This document shows, in pieces, positions 29,964 to 42,435 of a stretch of DNA of 64,000 nt. Within the stretch, counting starts at the first letter, position 1; each line of letters starts with the position of its first letter. The position numbers and the translations under genes are program-made. The notes under the pieces are model-generated. The model had not been told where the DNA came from, ran no database searches, and saw only the letters and a program-made list of their open reading frames with translations. The stretch is taken from NCBI GenBank assembly GCA_963745075.1, contig CAVUWV010000015.1:1-64000 (forward strand). The letters run 5' to 3'. The DNA comes from Candidatus Hydrogenedentota bacterium. GTDB lineage: Bacteria > Hydrogenedentota > Hydrogenedentia > Hydrogenedentales > SLHB01.

Positions 29964-31880
29964 TACGACTCCTCGTCCGCGTCGAGCGTGCCGAAGGCGA
30001 CAGTTTGGCGCTCTTGCGCGGGATACGTCACCGCGATGAACCTACAAGGCCCACGTTCGGGCCGCTGTTCTCCGTCGATGGTAAAACCAGAAGGCTGCGG
30101 TTCGGTATCTCCCGCCACAAGCATTAAGGCGCCGCGCGACAGGGCGTCTCGCACGTGAAACTCGCGTAAGTCTGCCGAGCGGCCCATGTCTTTCAAATTG
30201 CGTGGCAGTTCGGTAAATGACCAGAAATCAACCGGCCAGGATAAGTCGGCTTTCTTATTCGGCTTTTCCATCGGCACGACCGTGTCACCCTGAGGAATGC
30301 CTCCGGCGATCTCCCAGATATCGTTCCCGAAAACAAGCCGCGCGAAGGGAAGGGGATACCCCGTCCGGTTTTCGACTCGCACGGCATGGCCACCCGCTTC
30401 AACCTTTAGCCGAATGCCATCGTCACCGTTGGGGATGGTGTCGTTTGCGTAGACGACCCGTTCTTGCCATCCGGGAATCCGCTGGGTAAGCACTCCGGAA
30501 TTGGCATCCAGACTGGGCGCGGAAGAACTGAAGGACGAACTTGCAAATGTCCGTACGGGATACACGGGAGCACCCCCGGCCTGGCCCACCTCGTAGTCGC
30601 CCACCATGGGGACAAATACCGATGCAAGATGGAACTGCAACGCGACGCCCTCGTCAGGCACGTACAAGGTGCGTTGCACTGCCGTCACGCTCAGTTCACC
30701 GCCAATCCAGGCTTTCGCGCCGAACCAGGCCGCCAGGGTAAATCCAAGGACCATGAGTGGAAAAGTAAGAAATGTCAACCGCGGGGAACCGAGGCGTCGC
30801 ACGAGCCAGTAGTCGACGGGCCCCACCACGAAGGCATACAGCGCGATGAGCACGATCACCAGCCCCATCCGTAAGCCTGCCTGGCGGCTGGTTTGTACGA
30901 GTGAGCTCAAGCTTCGCTTTCGACTTTCGTTATTACTGTAATACGTAGACGTATCCTGTGGAGGCGAGTCCCGTAAGAATGTCAGAATATTCGGCCATAG
31001 CGCCGTGCGCTCCGGCCATTTGGTCCATTCCACGCTACTGGGCGGCACGGCGAAGCAGACGACCGAACCCAGCCCGACGTTGCGTCGGATAACCAGGGGG
31101 ACACCGTTGGACTCGACCAGTACCTCGCCCCGTTCGAACGTCGCCGCGCGCAAAGGGGACTTCTTCGCCGAAGATGTCAAAGCGGATCTGATCCAGACCC
31201 TCGGGGCGAAACGGGAGCAATGCCGGCAACGTTCCGCTTAGCAGGCTGTCCGTGCGCTGCGACGCGTCAACTACCAGGATCCCGCCGCGTAAGACCCATT
31301 CGTAAATCGCGTCGACCTTGCTTCGCGATAGCGGAGTAGCCGGCGCCGGGCTGAGGAAGAATGCATCGTACATGAGCAGTCCCTCAAATCGATCCGGCAA
31401 CTGCTCGGGCGTGATCGTGAAATCAACGAAACGGGTGTTGTCCTCCTTGTCTTCCGCTGGCGGTGCGGACGGCGGGATCCGTTCGAAGGAGCCAATAACC
31501 GGAATTGCGGACGCGGACGCGTTCAGACTCTCACTGTAGTCCAGTAAGATTTGTCCGCGATCGGTCCGGTACTGGACCCGCACGCGCGTCACCGGTTCGG
31601 GGACAGCCGGCACGTACAAAAAGACGGCCTTGCGCGAGTTGGTTGGAAGCTCCAATCGCGTGATGGCTTCTGCGCCGTCCGTGCCCAAGGCTTCGAGTGA
31701 CGCGACGAGTTCCCCGGTCCGGTCCCGGCCGTCATTTTCCAGAATGACCATGACGGGCGTGATGCTGTCGCTGCGAACGTAGCCGCCCGCACCGGCGAGT
31801 ACCGTGGCCTTGATCCCCTGTGCGTTGCCTGCCGTCGCGGCGAGGAGCAACGCGCATGCGAACCCTGCTTGTCGCATCAT
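29963..31880 (-). CDS. Membrane-anchored hypothetical protein associated with the ABC module, +1 frameshift at ~31144
   Basis: Signal peptide, WVLRGGILVV, GLGSV, YAFVVGPVDYWLV TM pair; ORFs 31035-31880 and 29963-31180 join on removing one base. Confidence 0.7.
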
Positions 31881-31950
31881 GATCCTCCAGGGATCATGCT
31901 AGCGAGGTAGAAATCTCGTGTCAATCGCAGGTCCGTGTGTCCGTGAAGCC

Positions 31951-33854
31951 TTACTCGGAAACAAACGCCGGGCAGAGGGTCTGAATCTGTTCGATGTCGA
32001 ATTGATGGAGCAGACCGAAGGTGAACAACGTCGGCGCGGCGTCGTACTGGATTCCGTCGGCGAGGGTCTGCTTCAACGTTGTCAGCCCACCGGAAACACG
32101 CAGCGTGTCGATACCATCAGGCTGTAAGGAGCCGGCCACCAGGGCAGCCAGACTCGTTTGGCGTCCCGTCGCATGCACGTACAGCGGCACATCGCCATAT
32201 TCCTTCTTGGTCGCGCGAACGATCGCCGTTAATTGTTTCACCTGCTCCCCAAGCAAGCGGGCACCCGTAGCGTCGACCAACATCGCACTCTGAGACGGAC
32301 GGCTCCCCGACGGCGCGCATTCTCCGTCGTACAGCAGATCGACGGCGATGACGCGCCGGCCTTGGTCCAGCAACGGCGCGGCGTCTTCCGCAAGCGTTGC
32401 CTTACCCTTATCGGCCAACAGGACGGTCGTGCTCTTTGCCACGGGGTCTTCCGGTTCGAGGAGGATAAAGGGAACGGACCACGGTCCGGCCGTGAAGACG
32501 CCGCGCGCACGTGCAATTCCCTCGCTGGTCTGTTCGTCACGGACGTTCACCTGGCAATCCGTGGGTTCCCAGTGAACGATCTCGGCGAGCAGGTTGCGTT
32601 TGGTCTCCGGGTCATCCGGAAGCGCTTCCGGCAAGCTTTCCATCTGCTTCGTTGCGAGCGAGTGAAACGTCTCATTGCCGTCCGGGACGCCGACCGTCAA
32701 TTCTTCCGCCGTACGAATCTCGCCGTCGTGGGGCGGTTCTTCGTCCGGCCAACCGAGGTTCCATTGTTCGCTGAGAAAGCGGTAAAGCGCGAGTCGGTTG
32801 TCCAAGTCGTAGTTGTGCGTGCCCGGCTCGAGATTCTCGTGCATTTGAAACCGTGACGTCGCATCAAACAATGCGTAGAAGGGCAGGATGGGATCGTACA
32901 CGCTGGGCCAGGCCCGATCCGATTGGAAGCAGCAGTCGTCTTTCACATTGTAAATCAGCATCGCCGGACGCGGCGCGAGCATGGCGGTCAACTGCGTGTA
33001 ATCGGCAAACGTCAGCAGGTCCACCGGGATCTGCTCCAAATCGCCGATGTCCTGGGGAAATTCCGCGCGCACCGCAATCCCGATGTATCCTGCGTTGGGC
33101 ACGCAGAGTTTAATCCGAGGATCGAGCGAACTCAGCGTGATGGTCTGCCAGCCACCGCCGGAGAGTCCCGTCATGGCCACGCGTTCCGGGTCGGTCGAAG
33201 AATAATCGGCCAGCACATCGAGTCCCGCGCTTCATGGCTTGGTAGAAGACAGACAGGCCACTAACGCCGCACACGTCGAGGTATGCGGAATCATTGTGCC
33301 GATTGCCGGGATTGGCCAACTCCCCGAAGAACAACCATTCCGGATGTAGGGCCAACACGCCCCGTTTCGCGAGGCTGATGCAGCGGGCCTGCACCATTTC
33401 AACGCTCTTGCCGGGAGGACCCACATGGCCGTTCACGCTCAACACCGCCGGGACCTTTCCTTCCACGTGTTCCGGTTCGTAGAGCAGCGCGGGGATCCAC
33501 ATCCCCGGAACCGCTTCGTATCGAAGCTTCCGGATCCGGTATCCCTCGCCCGTATCGATCGTGTCCGCCCATTCCATGTGCACGGGACCCGCATACCACT
33601 CGTCCGGAACTCCGCGATACACCAAGCCGCTCAGTATCTTCTTCGCGAAGCGCGTCCCGCGTATGTTCCCAATCCTCGGCAGTTGCCGGGACTTCCAGTG
33701 GGGGAACATGGTCGACGACGAAGTCGCGAATCTCCCGGTCGGTGGTACCCTCTTCCAACACTGGTGTCGTGAGCCATTCGGTTATTGCCGTCTGCGCCGA
33801 GTCTGACAAGGCGCCCGTCGTTGCAAGCGTTACCAGCAGTACCGTGCCTATCAT
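31951..33854 (-). CDS. Alpha/beta hydrolase (acetylxylan-esterase-like, two-domain), +1 frameshifts at ~33642 and ~33225
   Basis: KLRYEAVPGMWIPALLYEP, NGH, MTGLSGGG nucleophile elbow, DDCCF, HNY. Confidence 0.8.
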
Positions 33855-33979
33855 TCGTCGATTCCTCCTCCTCGTCAAGGCTACCACTATACTGAATCAA
33901 GCGCGGGAGCCATAGATCGGCGTGAAACGGACTGGATATGGTAGGATAATGTCCGTTCATCGTAGGGAGTCTTGGTGGA

Positions 33980-36944
33980 ATGATTCGATCCTGGCGAATC
34001 GCCGTGCTCGCGGCGGCATTCATTCTTGTCCATTCCTTTGCAGGGGCCGAGTCCGATCCGGCGGAACAGTTGGCGGATTCTCTGGTGCAAGGTGTGCGTG
34101 GCATTGAACGTGACGCGAAATCCACTGCCGTGCTGGACAAATTCCTCGATTCGCTCAATTCCCCGCCCGAATCCCGCCGCCGACGCGGAAGCCCTCTTCA
34201 AGTCCCAAGTGCATCCACTTCTCGCCGAACACTGTTTCGCGTGCCACGGGCCTGACAAGCAGAAGGGCGGCCTACGTCTGGATACGCCCGTTGCGCTGCG
34301 GGACGGTGGCGCGGACGGCCCGGTGATTGTGCCCGGAAACCCCGACGCGAGCCGGCTCGTCCAGGCGATCCAGTACAGCGATGAGAGTCTGCAAATGCCC
34401 CCAAAGGGAAAGCTCCCCGACGATGCCATCGCCACATTGACGGAGTGGGTGGCAAAAGGCGCGCCGTGGCCCAACGCGGATGATGACCTCGCCAATCTGG
34501 AGAAACTGAAGAGGGATGAAATCGCGCATTCGGACAAGTATTGGGCTTTCCGTCCAGCTTCTCGTCCCGCGGTTCCGGAACTCGACGATGCGGAGTGGGG
34601 GACGAACCCCATCGACGCCTTTGTCCTGGACGCACTCCGGAAGAGGAATCTTGATCCGTCGCCGACGGCTGACCGTCGTACGCTGATTCGCCGGGTGTAC
34701 CTGGATGTGCTGGGGCTGCCGCCGACCCCCGAAGAGGTCGATTCGTTTGTTGCCAGATCCTGATCCCGATGCGTACGCACAACTCGTCGACCGGGTACTC
34801 GCCTCGCCCCACTACGGTGAGCGATGGGCGCGTCATTGGCTCGATGTCGCGCGATTCGCCGAGACCAACGGGTTCGAAACCAACACACCGCGGCCCAACG
34901 CGTGGCCCTATCGGGACTATGTCATTCAAGCTTTTAACGAGGACAAACCCTACACAGATTTCGTGCGCGAACAGATCGCCGGTGACACGTTGGGCGTGAT
35001 TCCCGCCACCGGTTTTCTGGTGGGTGGCCCCATGGACCAAGTGAAGAGTCCCGAACGTCGTCCTGACCAAGAACCAACGCGATGGCGAGTTGCATGATAT
35101 GGTTTCCACCATCGGCGGCGTGTTCCTCGGGCTGACGGTGGGATGCGCCAAGTGCCACGACCACAAATTCGATCCGATTACTCAGCGCGATTATTACCGC
35201 ATGCGGGCGTTGGTCGCGGGCGTGCAACACGGGGAACAGGAAATCCCGCCTCCGGACTACCCGGAGAAGCTGAAGGAAGCTGAAGCGGCGCGCGCGGATC
35301 TGCGCGGTATCGAAACGCGGCTGCTGCGTTTTGTGCCCAAGGCCCGGCTTGATGGTGATGCGGACAATCCTTCGCGGCCCCCGGTGTCTCCGGGAATGAA
35401 TCTGGATCGATTTGATCCGGTAGAGGCCCGATTTGTCCGGTTCACCATCCTCGAAACCAATTCGAGCGAGCCATGCATCGACGAATTGGAAATCTTTTCC
35501 ACCGGTCCGGACTCCGTGAACGTTGCCCTGGCAGACCTCGGTGCGAAAGCAACCGCCTCCAGCGAGTATCCCAACAATGCCAAACACAAGATCGTCCATC
35601 TGAACGACGGAGAATATGGGAACGACCACAGTTGGATCCCGGCGTCGGGTCCTGTAGCGTGGGCGGAGATTGAGTTCCCGGAGGCCACCACCATCGATCG
35701 TATCATGTGGGCACGCGACCGCGACGGGGCTTTCTCGGACCGGCTCGCCACAGAAGTATCGGATCGAAGTTGCGGTCGAACCCGGCCAATGGAATCTGGT
35801 CGCCACTTCGGACGATCGGCAAGGGTACAAAGCGGATGCGGACGAGGTGCCCCTGTACTCGTCCGAAGGCATGGGCGAGGCCGCGACCCGCGAATTGAAT
35901 GGATTGCTCCACAAAGAACGCAAGCTCAAGAAATCAATTAAGCGATTGACCGAGGTCCCAAAAGTATATGCGGGTCGTTTCGAACAACCCGGTCCGACCC
36001 ATATTCTCCGTCGCGGCGACCCAATGCAGGAAGGGGACGAGGTCGTTCCCGGAACACCCAAGTACGTGGGCATTCCCTGCGACCTCCCCGCAGACCTGCC
36101 CGAGCAGGAACGGCGCCGGGCTTTGGCGGATTGGATCGCCAGCCCCGAGAATCCGCTCACCGCGCGGGTCATCGTGAATCGAATCTGGCAGCATCACTTC
36201 GGTCATGGCATCGTCGATACGCCCAGCGATTTCGGCGCCATGGGGGCCCGGCCGACTCATCCCGAATTGCTGGATTGGCTCGCGTCGGAACTGGTCGCCC
36301 GGGGATGGCGATTGAAAGCCATACATCGCCTGATTCTGTTGTCGAGCACCTACCGGCAGTCCGCGACGCCCCGTCCGGAAGCCATGACGGCGGACGCCGG
36401 CACCCGGTTCCTCTGGCGGTTTCCGCCACGCCGCCTTGAAGCGGAACCGATTCGGGATTCCATTTTGTTCGTGAGCGGTAAGCTCGACCTCACCATGGGC
36501 GGGCCAGGGTACGACGCCTTCAAACCAGACAACAGTTACGTGCACATTTACGTGCCGAAAGAAGAATTCGAAGCGACCGATTTCCGGCGCATGATCTACC
36601 AGTGGAAACCGCGTGTCGAGCAGGACATCACCTTCGGGGTCTTCGACTGTCCCGACGCGACCCAGTCAACACCGAAACGGGTGAGCAGCACGTCGCCCTT
36701 GCAAGCCCTGAGTTTGCTCAACAGCCCGTTTATGAACCGGCAAGCCACCGTGTTTGCACGACGGCTGGAAGACGAATCCGGCGCCGATTGCCACGAACAG
36801 GTTCGACGGGCATTTCTGCTGGCTTTCGGCCGACCGCCGGACGACGAGGAATCGCGCGTGTCGGAAGCGTTTGTGCGCGACGAAGGCCTTGAGTTGTTCT
36901 GTCGCGCCTTGTACAACGCAAACGAATTCATTTATCTGAATTAG
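33980..36944 (+). CDS. Planctomycete cytochrome c / DUF1549 / DUF1553 protein with an F5/8-type-C-like insert, four +1 frameshifts
   Basis: [82 protein letters not shown]. Confidence 0.88.
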
Positions 36945-36973
36945 TTTCTAGTATGGACCTTGGAGATTGTTGC

Positions 36974-38451
36974 ATGGAGCCTTTGTCGCACCACGGCCGG
37001 TACCTGTTAGACCGCCGTTCGTTTCTACAGTACGCGGGCACAGGGCTCAGCAGCATCGCGTTGGCCGCACTGCTGGGCGGTCAGAAGGCACTGGCGGAAG
37101 GGGAGGGGCCCATCCGGCCGCAAATCGACTCCGCTGCACCCATGGCGCCGCGTCCACCCCATTACCAGCCGCGCGCGACGAAAGTGCTGATGATCTTCTG
37201 TTCCGGCGCGGTGAGTCACGTCGATAGTTGGGACTACAAGCCAGAACTCATCAAGCGCGACGGCCAGCCCATGCCGGGTGGCGATGCCCTCATCACGTTC
37301 CAGGGCGAGCAGGGTAATCTGACAAAAGCCGCTGTGGAATTTCAAGCAACGGGGCGAAAGCGGGAAGTACGCGTCCGATCTGTTGCCCCACATGGCCGAA
37401 CTGGTCGACGACTTTTGCTTCATTCATTCCATGACCGCTCGCAGCAACACCCACGGTCCGGCGGAGAGCCAGATGAACACCGGCTTCACCCTCGACGGAT
37501 TTCCCAGCATGGGATCCTGGGTGTCCTATGCGCTCGGCGCCGAGGCCGACGACTTGCCCGCGTACGTGGCCATTCCCGATCCGCGCGGCGTGCCCCAGAT
37601 GGGTCCCAACAGTTGGTCGGCGGGATTTCTACCGGCCGTGTTCCAAGGCGTGCCGTTCGGCGCCGACAAACCCATTCCCCATCTCGCCACGCCGGATTCC
37701 ATCAGCAAAAATGCCGAGCATGCAACGCAGGACTTCTTAAAGTTCCTGAACGAGAAGCATCTTGAAAAATTTCCAGGCGACACGGAACTCAGCGCGCGGA
37801 TCTCCAGTTACGAATTGGCAGCGCGAATGCAGCTGCGCGCCGCCGAAGTGAGCGATTTCTCCCGGGAATCCGCCGCGACACGGCAAATGTACTGCGTTGA
37901 CGACGCGAACGACGTGAAAGCGGGTTTCGGCCGGAATTGCCTGTTAGCGCGCCGCCTCCTGGAGCGTGGGGTGCGTTTCGTGCAGCTTTTCAATGGCGCA
38001 TACGCCATGGGCGAAGGTGTCGGCAACTGGGATGGGCACAAGGTGCTTCGCGAGCAGTACAGCGTCCATGCGCCGATTCTTGACGAACCCTGCGCGGCCC
38101 TGCTGAAGGATTTGAAAGCCCGGGGACTTCTGGATGACACGCTGGTCGTGTGGGCCACCGAGTTTGGTCGCATGCCCACGTTCCAGAAGGGCGCCAGCGG
38201 CCGCGACCACAATCCCAAAGGTTTTACCGCGTTCCTGGCCGGGGCCGGCGTCAAGCGCGCGCTTCAGCTACGGCGCCACCGATGAATTCGGCTACAAGGC
38301 CGTGGAGAACGTGACGACCATCTACGACCTGCACGCCACGATCCTGCATCTCCTCGGCCTGAACCACAAGCGGCTAACCTTCTACCACAACGGCATCGAG
38401 CGGCGCCTCACCGACGTGCACGGGGAAATTATCCATCCGATTTTGGCATGA
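36974..38451 (+). CDS. DUF1501 family protein with Tat-like signal, +1 frameshifts at ~37325 and ~38262
   Basis: [79 protein letters not shown]. Confidence 0.9.
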
Positions 38452-38517
38452 AGTCGTGACAATGTATGCTCGCCTTCGCTAGATTACTCTTCAAAGCCAA
38501 CCAGGGAGTAGTCACCC

Positions 38518-39885
38518 ATGACCCATTCATTTCGCATGCCCGTTGCCCTTGCAGCCTTGGCTGCCATGACCGGTGCGTCGTCCGCATCCGCACTGCAGAT
38601 CGCCAGCTTCTCCACCGAGGTCACGTGTCCCATGGGCCATGCGCTGATGGGCGGTGGAATCATGCCGGCCAAATCGGTAGTCGACCCATTGTACGCGAAC
38701 GGTCTGGTGCTTCTCGGCGCGGGCGATCCTATCGTCATTATTGTGATGGACTGGTGCGAAATCCGAAACGACGCCTACGACTACTTTCGCGACCAAGTCG
38801 CTGAAGCGGCGGGTACGATACGCGAGCGGGTGCTGCTATCGTGCGTGCACCAACACGACACGCCAATTCCGGATTTCACCGCGCAGCGCCTCCTCGACGA
38901 CCATGGACTGACCAAGGCCTTGTGCGACGTGGCGTATGTGAAGGCGAGCATCGAGAACGTGTGCGACGCGTTGCGCGAGTCTCTCGCTGAACCGCGCACG
39001 ATTACTCACTACGGTATCGGTCAGGCCAAGGTCGAAGGCGTCGCGTCGAATCGTCGCGTCGTGGCCGAAGACGGTTCGGTTTCATTTCCACGAAACAGTT
39101 CGACCCCGGACGCTACAATCCGCGAAGCACCCATCGGCGCTCACGATCCCTATCTCAAAACGTTGAGTTTCTGGGACGGCGAACAAGCCGTCGCGGCGCT
39201 GCATTTCTACGCCGTGCATCCCATGAGTTACTACGGCAAGGGCGGCGTCTCCGCGGACTTCGTCGGGATGGCCCGCCGCCGCCGGCAGAACGACGACCCC
39301 AATATCCATCAGTTCTATATCTCCGGATGCAGCGGCGATGTGACCGCGGGCAAATACAACGATGGGGCTCCCGAAAATCGGCCGGTACTGGCGGACAGAA
39401 TCTATCAGGCCATGGTCGCCGCGTGGGACGCCACGCAAAGGTATCCAATTCAGGACGTGACGTTTCGCGTCGCCAAACTGTCGCTCGAACCGAAAAGCAC
39501 GGAAGGGTTCACCGAAGCGGATATGAAAGCCATCCTGGCCGACCAGAACCAGGGTACGTTTCAACGCATTCTCGCGGCCATGGGGCTCAGTTGGCGCATG
39601 CGCCTCGACCAGCCCATCGATGTGCCCGCTATCGATTTTGGGAAGGCGCAATACCTCTTGATGCCAGCGGAGTCCTTCGTGCAGTACCAACTTATGGCCC
39701 AGGAGTTGGCGCCGGACCAGTTTATCGTTACCGCAGGCTACGGCGAATGCGCGCCGGGCTATATCCCCACGACGCAGACCACGGCCGAAGGATTCAATGA
39801 CGAGCACTCGTGGTGCTGGGTCGCCCCCGGCGCGGAAGAACGCATGCGCGCCGCCATGGCGGAAGCATTGGGAGTGAAATACTAG
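38518..39885 (+). CDS. Secreted hypothetical protein (neutral/alkaline ceramidase-like)
   Basis: Signal peptide, DWCEIRN, HQHD, YAVHPMS, SADFVG, GCSGDV, GYIPT. Confidence 0.6.
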   Translation: MTHSFRMPVALAALAAMTGASSASALQIASFSTEVTCPMGHALMGGGIMPAKSVVDPLYANGLVLLGAGDPIVIIVMDWCEIRNDAYDYFRDQVAEAAGTIRERVLLSCVHQHDTPIPDFTAQRLLDDHGLTKALCDVAYVKASIENVCDALRESLAEPRTITHYGIGQAKVEGVASNRRVVAEDGSVSFPRNSSTPDATIREAPIGAHDPYLKTLSFWDGEQAVAALHFYAVHPMSYYGKGGVSADFVGMARRRRQNDDPNIHQFYISGCSGDVTAGKYNDGAPENRPVLADRIYQAMVAAWDATQRYPIQDVTFRVAKLSLEPKSTEGFTEADMKAILADQNQGTFQRILAAMGLSWRMRLDQPIDVPAIDFGKAQYLLMPAESFVQYQLMAQELAPDQFIVTAGYGECAPGYIPTTQTTAEGFNDEHSWCWVAPGAEERMRAAMAEALGVKY

Positions 39886-39928
39886 GCTCAACCCCTTCCA
39901 AGAGACTTCAGTGGTTGCATCGCAAAAA

Positions 39929-39966
39929 GTAGGGGCGGCACGCCATCAGGCGTGCCGCCCCCTTTG
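39929..39966. terminator. GC-rich hairpin between convergent genes (terminator or GTAG-type REP)
   Basis: GTA-GGGGCGGCACGCC-atca-GGCGTGCCGCCCC 13-bp stem, flanked by A-rich and T-rich runs. Confidence 0.7.
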
Positions 39967-39979
39967 ATCGATTTGTACG

Positions 39980-40738
39980 CTACATTGCCATGAAGCCGCC
40001 GTCGACGATCATCTCCGAGCCGGTCATCCAACTGGATTCATCGGATGCGAGGAAGAGCGCCGCGTTGGCGATGTCGCGGGCGCTGCCGAGCCGGCGAAGG
40101 GGAATCTCACCCGCGATGGCTTTCCGCTTGTCGTCGTTGAGGTACGGGGCCTGGAGCGGGGTGTCGATGAACCCCGGATGGATGACGTTGCAGCGAATCT
40201 GTTCGGCCGCGAACTGAATCGCCAGCGATTTGCAGAGGGAGATCATCGCGCCCTTCGCGCAGGTGTAGGAATCCTGCGCGAGCGTGAACCCGGCCAGCGC
40301 GGAAATAGAACCCACCAGGATGATGGAGCCGCCGCCCGCTTTCTTCACCGCGGGAATGCCGTGCTTCGTCAGGAAAAACGGCCCTTTCAGGTTGATCGCC
40401 TGGACCAGGTCCCAATTCTCTTCCGTGGTGTCGACGACTGACTTGTCACGGTCCTTCCACAACACCCCCGCGTTGGAATACAGAATGTGCAACGCGCCGA
40501 ACGCCTTCACGCCTTCGTCGATGGCCTTCTTCACGTCGGCTTCCTTGCTCACGTCGCCTTGAACGAACAGCGCCTTGCTTCCCGCTGCTTCGACCTGTTT
40601 CACCGTTTCCTGCCCGGCTTCGGCGTTCAGGTCGAACACAACAACTTTCGCACCTTCCTGGGCAAACAGCACCGCCGCTTCGCGGCCCATGCCCAGTCCC
40701 GCGCCGGTGATAATCGCTACTTTGTCTTTCAGTCTCAT
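39980..40738 (-). CDS. Short-chain dehydrogenase/reductase
   Basis: TGAGLGMG, SNAG, YTCAK, IRCNVIHPGFIDTP, VDGG. Confidence 0.93.
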   Translation of the reverse strand: MRLKDKVAIITGAGLGMGREAAVLFAQEGAKVVVFDLNAEAGQETVKQVEAAGSKALFVQGDVSKEADVKKAIDEGVKAFGALHILYSNAGVLWKDRDKSVVDTTEENWDLVQAINLKGPFFLTKHGIPAVKKAGGGSIILVGSISALAGFTLAQDSYTCAKGAMISLCKSLAIQFAAEQIRCNVIHPGFIDTPLQAPYLNDDKRKAIAGEIPLRRLGSARDIANAALFLASDESSWMTGSEMIVDGGFMAM

Positions 40739-40810
40739 GGTACTTCTACTCCTGATGGATGTACCGGCGGGGACTGCCGGGTGTGCAACCCTACGCACGT
40801 GATTGAAATA

Positions 40811-42154
40811 CTAGATCAACTCAAAATACCGGCGTCGTTCCCAGTCTGTGACGTACTTCTCGAACTCGCCAATCTCCCAGCGCGCCACGCCGACGTAATG
40901 GTCCACCACGTTGTCGCCAAGCAAAGTCCGGACCGTCTTACTCGCCTCCAGCGCGTCCGTCGCCTGCGTCAAGTTGCGATGTAACGACGGCGGATTTTCG
41001 AGTTCGTAAGCGTTGGCCTCGACGAACGGCCCGACAGGCTCCAACTCGTTTTCGATTCCGTACAATCCCGATGCGATCATCGCGGCGTAGATGAGGTGCG
41101 CATTCGCGTCGGCGCCCGGAATGCGATTCTCCAAGCGCATGGACTTGCCATGCCCCGCCACCCGGAACGAGGTCGTGCGGTTGTCGCCGCCCCACGTCAC
41201 GTTGCTCGGCGCGAAGGACAGGTCTTCGATGCGCTTATACGAATTGACGCTTGGCATGTAGAAAAGTTGGAGGTCTTTGCACAGCGTCATCATGCCGCCG
41301 AGGAAGTGACGCATCGTCTTCGACATGTGGTGCTCGCCCTTCTCGTCGGGGAAGGCCGGTTTGTCGTCGTTCCAAAGGCTCATGTGAATGTGCGCGCCAT
41401 TTCCGGAGTGCGTGGAATCCCATTTCGCCATGAACGTCGCCTGAATGTCGTTCAGCGCCGCCATCTCCCGCACGCAGTGCTTGAAAATCACGTGCCGGTC
41501 GGCGATCTCCAGCACGTCGCCGTACACGAGATTAATCTCGAACTGCCCGTGCCCCCATTCCGCCTTGTTGCACTCGATGTCCACGTTCGATTCGGCGAGC
41601 GCGCGGCGGATGGGACCGATGATCCACTCGTCCATGGATGACCGGAAGATGGAGTAGTCCGAAATATAGCGGGACATGGGTTCGAGGTTTCGATAGTCCT
41701 TGGCGCGCGACCCGTCCAGGGTCTCCTTGAACAGAAAGAATTCGATCTCCGGCGCGGCCTTGACGGAAAACCCCATGGCCCTGGCCCGCTCGATCTGTTT
41801 GCGCAGCAGCGACCGCGGCGCAATATCGACCGGGTTGCCATCGTGGTCGTAGGTGTCGAAAATCACCAGGGCCGTTTTGTCGAACCAGGCGTACTTGCGC
41901 AACGTCGACCAATCGGGCACGCCGGTCATGTCCCCGTAGCCTTTGTGCCAACCGGTGAAGTCGAGACCGGGGATGAGCATCCGCTCGATGTCCCAGCCGA
42001 AATTACAGTCGCACGTATGCACGCCGGCATGTAGATCGTTCAAGAAAGCCGTGGCCGTGCAGCGTTTGCCGTAGAGGCGCCCCTGTAAGTCAATGCCCGC
42101 CGCAATGACCGTATCGACGGACCCGTCCTTCACCCACTTTTCCAATTCTTTCAC
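40811..42154 (-). CDS. Glutamine synthetase family protein (gamma-glutamyl-amine ligase-like)
   Basis: DLQGRLYGK, EIEFFLF, EWGHGQFEIN, ATFMAK, GNGAHIHMSL, NSYKR, WGGDNRT, LENRIPGADAN. Confidence 0.88.
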   Translation of the reverse strand: MKELEKWVKDGSVDTVIAAGIDLQGRLYGKRCTATAFLNDLHAGVHTCDCNFGWDIERMLIPGLDFTGWHKGYGDMTGVPDWSTLRKYAWFDKTALVIFDTYDHDGNPVDIAPRSLLRKQIERARAMGFSVKAAPEIEFFLFKETLDGSRAKDYRNLEPMSRYISDYSIFRSSMDEWIIGPIRRALAESNVDIECNKAEWGHGQFEINLVYGDVLEIADRHVIFKHCVREMAALNDIQATFMAKWDSTHSGNGAHIHMSLWNDDKPAFPDEKGEHHMSKTMRHFLGGMMTLCKDLQLFYMPSVNSYKRIEDLSFAPSNVTWGGDNRTTSFRVAGHGKSMRLENRIPGADANAHLIYAAMIASGLYGIENELEPVGPFVEANAYELENPPSLHRNLTQATDALEASKTVRTLLGDNVVDHYVGVARWEIGEFEKYVTDWERRRYFELI

Positions 42155-42260
42155 GCGTCAACCCTCCGCCCGGCACGACCAAAATCCATCAAAAATTGCC
42201 GTGAGTATCGCACACGTGCAATCCGGTGCGCAATCGGCGGCTCGAATCGACGTTTGAAGA

Positions 42261-42421
42261 AACATCCCCCTTGATCCCCCTTCAAAGGGGGAAACCGCGC
42301 AGGCTTCGCCGCGCGCTCGCCCACAAAGACGAGCCAATACTTTCTACCGGCGTTAATCCTCCGAAGGTATAGCTGGAGACGTTTCGAATTCCCCCTTTGA
42401 AGGGGGATCAAGGGGGATGTT
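42261..42421. repeat. 161-bp element with perfect 33-bp terminal inverted repeats (MITE/REP-like)
   Basis: aacatcccccttgatcccccttcaaagggggaa (42261-42293) and its exact reverse complement (42389-42421). Confidence 0.85.
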
Positions 42422-42435
42422 CTTCGCGTCAGCGG

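Noticed and set aside
33980..38451. Pseudogene cluster or programmed frameshifting
   Set aside because: All breaks are single insertions with no shared slippery motif and the conserved motifs are intact; sequencing error is the simpler explanation
42261..42421. CRISPR array
   Set aside because: Only two copies, in inverted orientation, and no cas genes
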